A stretch of 64,000 nt of DNA from Oopsacas minuta (Eukaryota; Animalia; Porifera), in assembly GCA_024704765.1 (NCBI GenBank), contig JAKMXF010000144.1, positions 732,184 to 796,183 of the forward strand, in the 5' to 3' direction. Below, in pieces: positions 58,901 through 64,000 of the stretch. The position numbers and the translations under genes are program-made. The notes under the pieces are model-generated. The model was not told where the DNA came from, did no database searches, and saw nothing but the letters and a program-made list of their open reading frames with translations. Each line of letters opens with the position of its first letter. Positions within the stretch are counted from its first letter, which is position 1.

Positions 58901-61900
58901 AACTCTTTTTACTTACACTCTTTTCATTGGGTATAACAAACTCCATAAGGAGATTACTGAGTTCATTATTTCCATCTTCTAACTCTATAGATTTGAATGT
59001 TAGATTAGTCAGGATACTGATGAAGAATCTTGTAGCTCTAATCTGGAATTCTTGCATGTCAAGTGCAGTTAATCTAGACCTGTACGTATAATATTTTAAA
59101 GTAAATAGTTGGTAGCAATGAATTGAATATTTTTAGCAATCCTTACCCTGAAACCTTTTTGATCTTCTTCACACTCTTAGATAAGATCTCAAGTATATGG
59201 TTAATTACTTTTACTGAAGAAAAATTTGGACTTTCTCCAAAGAGCTATTTAGTGAAATAAAAGAAAAGATGAATCCATAAATCTGAGATTTAGTTAGTCA
59301 CCAGAGGAAATTTTACAAAAAGAAGCACAAATTTGGTAACCTGAGCTGGGTGGTGCTAAGTTGCTTAATATGGATCAGAATGGGAGTATTTTCTGGCCTG
59401 CCTACGCGGCCCAAAAAGATTTTTGGCCAAATCCTTGACCTGTTTTGGATCACTAATTGATATTCAGAGCAAATTAAGCTCTAACTTTAATTTGGATTAT
59501 AGCAATATTGTGAATACTTTTGACGAAGTTAAACCGTAGTTTCTCCTGGAATAATATTGTTTTTGTGAGCTTCTTGCGAGGCCGAAATATTCATGCATGC
59601 TTTTTGAGGGCTGAATAATACAATCGCACGGCTGGCGCGGTTAGAAATTTCGGCCCGCTTGCAACTCTGGGACTGAGGAATAATGTGATAAACATTTGTA
59701 TTGATAATTTTCTAATTTAAACAATTGAATTAATCAACTTACCAAAAACAATTTGTGTATCTTGGATTCTATAACCTTGAACCAAACACCAAGAGCACAA
59801 TGAGTAATAAATAATTGAACTGCCACAATACGATTCCACCTAGACCTACATATAACACACACTATAATAATTCTATAAATGATGTAAAGTCAACAGACCG
59901 GCAGTGCAGCTAGCTGTTTTAAGAGGATTACAATTACCCCTACCCTGTCATAGGAAACTCATGTATAGTACAATTTTGAATTGGCCCAAAAGGCAAAAAC
60001 ATTGATTTGTATTGCATAGACGTAGGATGATAGTGTGAGCTGCCAGGACAATGGCTCAGGTCTTAATATAGATTTAGGCAACCCGCGGACCCTAAGTATG
60101 TATAGGTTAAATTTTGCACACCCAATGTATTAAAGTATATAACAAAGGGCTTTCCCTCTATTGATATTTAGGTCACAAACAGCTGTATTATATTTATTTA
60201 AAGTAGCTGTACCTCAGATCCAGTTTGTAATTTTCATTAGATGAATTTCTGTTTAAGCACAATCCCTTCTCCACTATACCATGCCACTGATTAACTTCAC
60301 TAACATATTGTTCAGCTAGCTCCCTACTAGCTGTACGCTCTTTCTTGTGTGAACACAGATTAATTATCAGTTCTAACAAAATTAGTTCGAGACAGTTCAT
60401 CTTGTTTCTGTTGTCAACATTTTTCACCAACTTTGAGAAAATTTGATTGAATTTGCCTGCCAAACTGTTTTCTAATTGAAAAGCTTGTTGCAATAAATCA
60501 AATAACTGCTTTGAGTCTTCATAAGCACAATGAATTCTTGGAATGGATATTTTATCGCTCAGCTTCGTACCTCCTTCATCATGTGAAGTACAGTTTAGCA
60601 GGACATTTTCATAGACCTATTATAATATAAAATCTAGTAAGAGAGTGTGGAAACTGCGTTATTATACAGGAACAAATTTCATAAAAATCTTTGATTAACA
60701 ATATTTGACAGATTAGTAATTTGGAAATTTTCAGATTAGGCTTTGTAGCTGGCGGATAATTTACTGTTGAATTTTGTGTATAAACATATCTCGTGTTGAA
60801 TTTCGTATTTGCTTTATCTCTTCATGTACAGATGTCCGATATATCGACCTGTTATGGGAAGCTCTGCGTCAAAGTGTTTGTGTTTCGTTAGTGTCAACAC
60901 ACAGCATACTTATGCTGTACATTTCTAGTAAGAACTTATATAACTCTAACGACATTAAAAGTGACCTACCTCATATTTATCATCATCAATTGGAAATAGA
61001 TTCATAAATATGAAATCTTTCAAATATAAATGCACTAACTGAAGGGATTCGTCCCTTTTCGGCATGTGCTTCATAAGTTTCTTCCCAATAGGAGTCTTAG
61101 CGAAAAGTTCCTCAAAACGAGTCCAAATGTCATCAGAAGCATCAGCTATAAGATATGCTTCATGTAAAAATAATTCATAATATACATTTCTGCTCTACCC
61201 GACCTGACTGGTTATTCTGACGATCAGACTCATTACAAGTACAAAAGCCATATTTTCAGATTTCAATTATCACGGTCAATCCAAATTGTTAGAGGTTACC
61301 AGACTGTTCGAGAGCTCTTACCTGTTTCAGCAATAGGAACACAGGTAATACAAATTTACGCTCCATTCTAAATTGTATTAAGGAATTATGCTAATATTAT
61401 ACATTCTATCTCGTTGGGATGCTACGACCTTTTGTATATGTTGAGTGGCATTACTAACATATTTCTCTAAAATGTGTATTAAATGGGATTTCCGTTTTTA
61501 TAGGTCAGACTGGTATCAAATAATTCTCATTCCCACAAATGTTCTAAAAATGCAGAATTCAATCTACTATTAAGTAAACTTTCTTATGAATAATATATGA
61601 TAAGATGTACTATTCTAACCTGATAAGATTTTTGTTTCTTTCAAAAGCTGAGATAAACACTGATTAATGAACCAAGAGAAAGGGAAGTGAGCTTTAAAGT
61701 ACTGTCCACCAGCTCCATCACTTAACACAGGAACTTTCCTTCTAGGTAGTAGTGTGTTTGGAGAGATTGTGTCTTTGTATTGTAACACAAGCAGACGCTC
61801 ATCTCTGAATATATCATGCCAGAGATTGAATAAACATTCTGGTACTTCTTCATTATAGAGAGCTAGCTCTAGATTTCCATTTCTATCTATACAAGCAATC

Positions 61901-62782
61901 AACTCTGCTACTAGAGGAGTAATAGTACTGTTAATACGGAGATTTACAGCTTTACGGAATGTTCCAGATGATTGTATGTCTTCTACACAATTAGCTGTCT
62001 GTAGTAACCAGTCTGTATTGGTATCAATTGAAGAATTAGATTGATCTCTCAACAGTATAGTCAATCTTTGACATAAAGTTCGATGAAGTCAACTATAAAT
62101 GAGGGTAGAGAATGTAGTTATATAAGAATGAGGTTTAAAAAATTTATATTATTAAATCTCAATTGTTGTCTGTTAGTCTGTTTGTTTGGCCGTTGTCAAG
62201 AAATGCTATTTTGAAATTGATGCATAACTATGTATTTATCGTGTTTATCAAGGAAGTAAATAGAATTCAATAAAACTTCACTAAATATATCGAACATGCT
62301 GAATCCGATTTTCACATTTTTGGATTAATCATATGTAAATTTATTGTTGTTTTTATGAATATAAAGTGAACAAATTAGCAAAATCTCAAAATTTAGGGGA
62401 GATACTTACCCTCAACGGCTAGAAAGGGGGTTGATCTTACAAAATATTGTAATAACACATATGCCATATACTGATATTAGTGAATTACATTGTTCTAAAT
62501 ATATCTATATCATAATACTCAAAGGGGCGGTCAATTTAGAGAATAATGGATACCCCGAGGCGCATTGCGCCGAATTCATCGCGAAGCGACGAGCCAAAGC
62601 TTATCTTATTAAAAATGAAACGGGACCTAACATTTGACAATCTCATACTTACAACTGTACTTGTTTGTAGTTAAGAGAAGATCCAAATGTTGAATTCGAT
62701 CAATAATACGATCATCACTGCAATGATCATCCTCTAATCTTGAAACTGTTAACTGAATACAATTTTTCAATCTTTCTTTTAT
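49755..62782 (-). CDS. RNF213: RNF213 (mysterin)-like giant E3, 3' part (E3 module, RZ finger, CTD); further 5' exons upstream or outside the window
   Basis: Phase-consistent GT-AG exons: 62782-62653, 62092-61620 (1-nt gap at 62067-62069), 61145-60970, 60616-60213, 59839-59743, 59244-59147, 59079-58807, 58611-58500, 58257-57928, 57403-57287, 56957-56862, 56664-56281, 54941-54769, then about nine more to the stop at 49757-49755. Peptides GTFRKAV..IDRNGNLEL, FPFSW, YLKDF, RCPKGH..CPDC, LPDIIQLQR, YLLP..GRG, FLSSAGGDP, QFPQQI..W match RNF213 as I recall it. Confidence 0.88.
52209..53414 (+). mobile_element. Internally deleted Chapaev3-like transposon in an RNF213 intron
   Basis: CACTGGGCAACA / TGTTGTCTAGTG termini; TAA duplicated on both sides; subterminal inverted tacctagactaa..atgctga..cca; transposase remnant GIFVGPQIR..HFLHSHLDFFPSNLGDVSNEHGERFHQD..MMGDYCW. 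Confidence 0.82.
55425..55790 (-). mobile_element. Helitron-like element in an RNF213 intron
   Basis: The minus strand carries gctgaatctgaatttt..catatgtaaat..ttgtttttatgaatataaagtaaacaaat (shared with 62300-62380) and a GCACGAAGTGC hairpin near the end. Confidence 0.5.
62143..62603 (+). mobile_element. Near-complete non-autonomous Helitron-like element in an RNF213 intron
   Basis: tatattattaaatc start, gtctgtt microsatellite, CGCGAAGCG hairpin about 12 nt before the end; homologous to 46915 and 25031. Confidence 0.6.
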
Positions 62783-63129
62783 CTAAGAATTAGAGTAATT
62801 GTAAACCAAAAACCTAAGTTTGCCAAATAATTATTTGTTCAGAACTCTTCTTCAGAATATAGAATGTCTCAGTAATGTTAATTATCTACATTATTTAAAA
62901 GTTAATTATGTGGATTATGTGTGTGTTTGTTTGTCCACTTTGTATTACTATGATAGAGTAGGGGTAAAGCTACGAGCCAAAGTTCATTGGATTGAAAATG
63001 CAGATAAAGAAATATTTCGCCGTAATTAATACACCTTATCTTACCGTATTTAGAAATGGAATACGGCACACAACAAATAGTTTCAAAATGGTGGCCATAT
63101 TGAACAGAGTTCATGCCGGCATATAATTG

Positions 63130-63470
63130 ACGAATACGCTTCGCTTGCTTGCGCTGCGCAGCTTGCAAATACTTTGCATTTGCACTGGCCCCGGCACTAC
63201 GAACCTCGAATTACTATCGTGTAACAAAATCCTAATTTATGAAATAAATATCCAACAAGTATGAAACTTGAAAAATCAGCGTACTTGATTACTCACGTAT
63301 AACCGTTGAGAGCAAGTCTCTACGATTATTTCAAGATTTCAATTATTTGTTTACTACATGAATATTCATAAAAACAATATTAGGCAAATGATAAACTTTA
63401 AAATGCGAAACTCGTGCTACGCTAAATCGTGTTTTTGTTGAGCTTGACACTTCGTGCCTCGAATTATTTC
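63130..63470 (-). mobile_element. Clustered Helitron-like 3' end fragments
   Basis: cttcgcttgc, cggcactacgaacctcgaatt and cacttcgtgcctcgaatt motifs, as at 31560 and 55441. Confidence 0.4.
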
Positions 63471-63912
63471 AACAGAAGGATGTATATTTTCCCTAAATTA
63501 TATACGCAGATCACCTTCCCTTAGGCATATATACTTGTGTCCCAAATTTACGTTTTTATCTACGGAGCCGTAATTATGCCTGTCTTTCTCAACCTTTTTT
63601 GAACTGCGATATACTTTCTTCATCTATTATTTACTGACAAGGTAAAACAAACCACCACGACTGTATATGAAATAATGGTGTGAATAATAATACAGTGGAT
63701 GCCAGTTATAAGAACATCGTCGGGAACTGGACATAATGTACTTATATCTGGCATGTTCTTATAACCGGTATGTAGCATATAGAGGATGTCGGTTATGAGA
63801 ATACCTCATTTAAACACATTTTTGGATTTAGGAACCATATTATATCAAACGGTTCTCATATATATATATACTGTATTATTTACGCCCATTCTACAAACAA
63901 ACCGGTGTAACA

Positions 63913-64000
63913 GCCTAGATTAGCCTCCCCACCCAGTTTAACCCCGGGTATAGTCTGGGCTAGCCTAGATTAACCCCCAGGTATAAACTGGGCTAGGCCA
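63913..64000. repeat. Start of a ~32-bp tandem repeat at the window edge
   Basis: aaccccgggtatagtctgggctagcctagatt / aacccccaggtataaactgggctag. Confidence 0.4.

Overview
AT-rich, gene-dense eukaryotic (animal-type) genomic DNA with GT-AG introns as short as about 60 nt and many long intronless genes. An early-branching metazoan such as a sponge is my inference, not a proven assignment. Housekeeping genes: UBC9, SCFD2, COX7A, mitochondrial CLPB/Skd3, an AADAC-like esterase, SKI2 helicase, INPP4, MTHFSD, SLC25A34/35, tRNA-Trp and a mitochondrion-targeted class I (Fe-S) fumarase. Duplicated or immune-type genes: two coiled-coil+NHL paralogs, three SDR paralogs, a ~2,230-aa VLIG-type GTPase with N-terminal HTH-like motifs and a C-terminal VWA domain (split by three 1-nt indels), a stand-alone DUSP-UBL protein, and the 3' part of a multi-exon RNF213-like gene. 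Main observations: the RNF213-like protein has no RING domain; its RZ finger has Glu where human has the proposed catalytic His; its 3' end is duplicated in inverted orientation just downstream; four genes are nested in SCFD2 introns; the SDR paralogs are mosaics of identical and divergent blocks. Intergenic and intronic DNA carries Chapaev-like, hAT, pogo-like and Helitron-like elements. All homology calls come from motif recognition and remembered reference sequences; no database searches were run.
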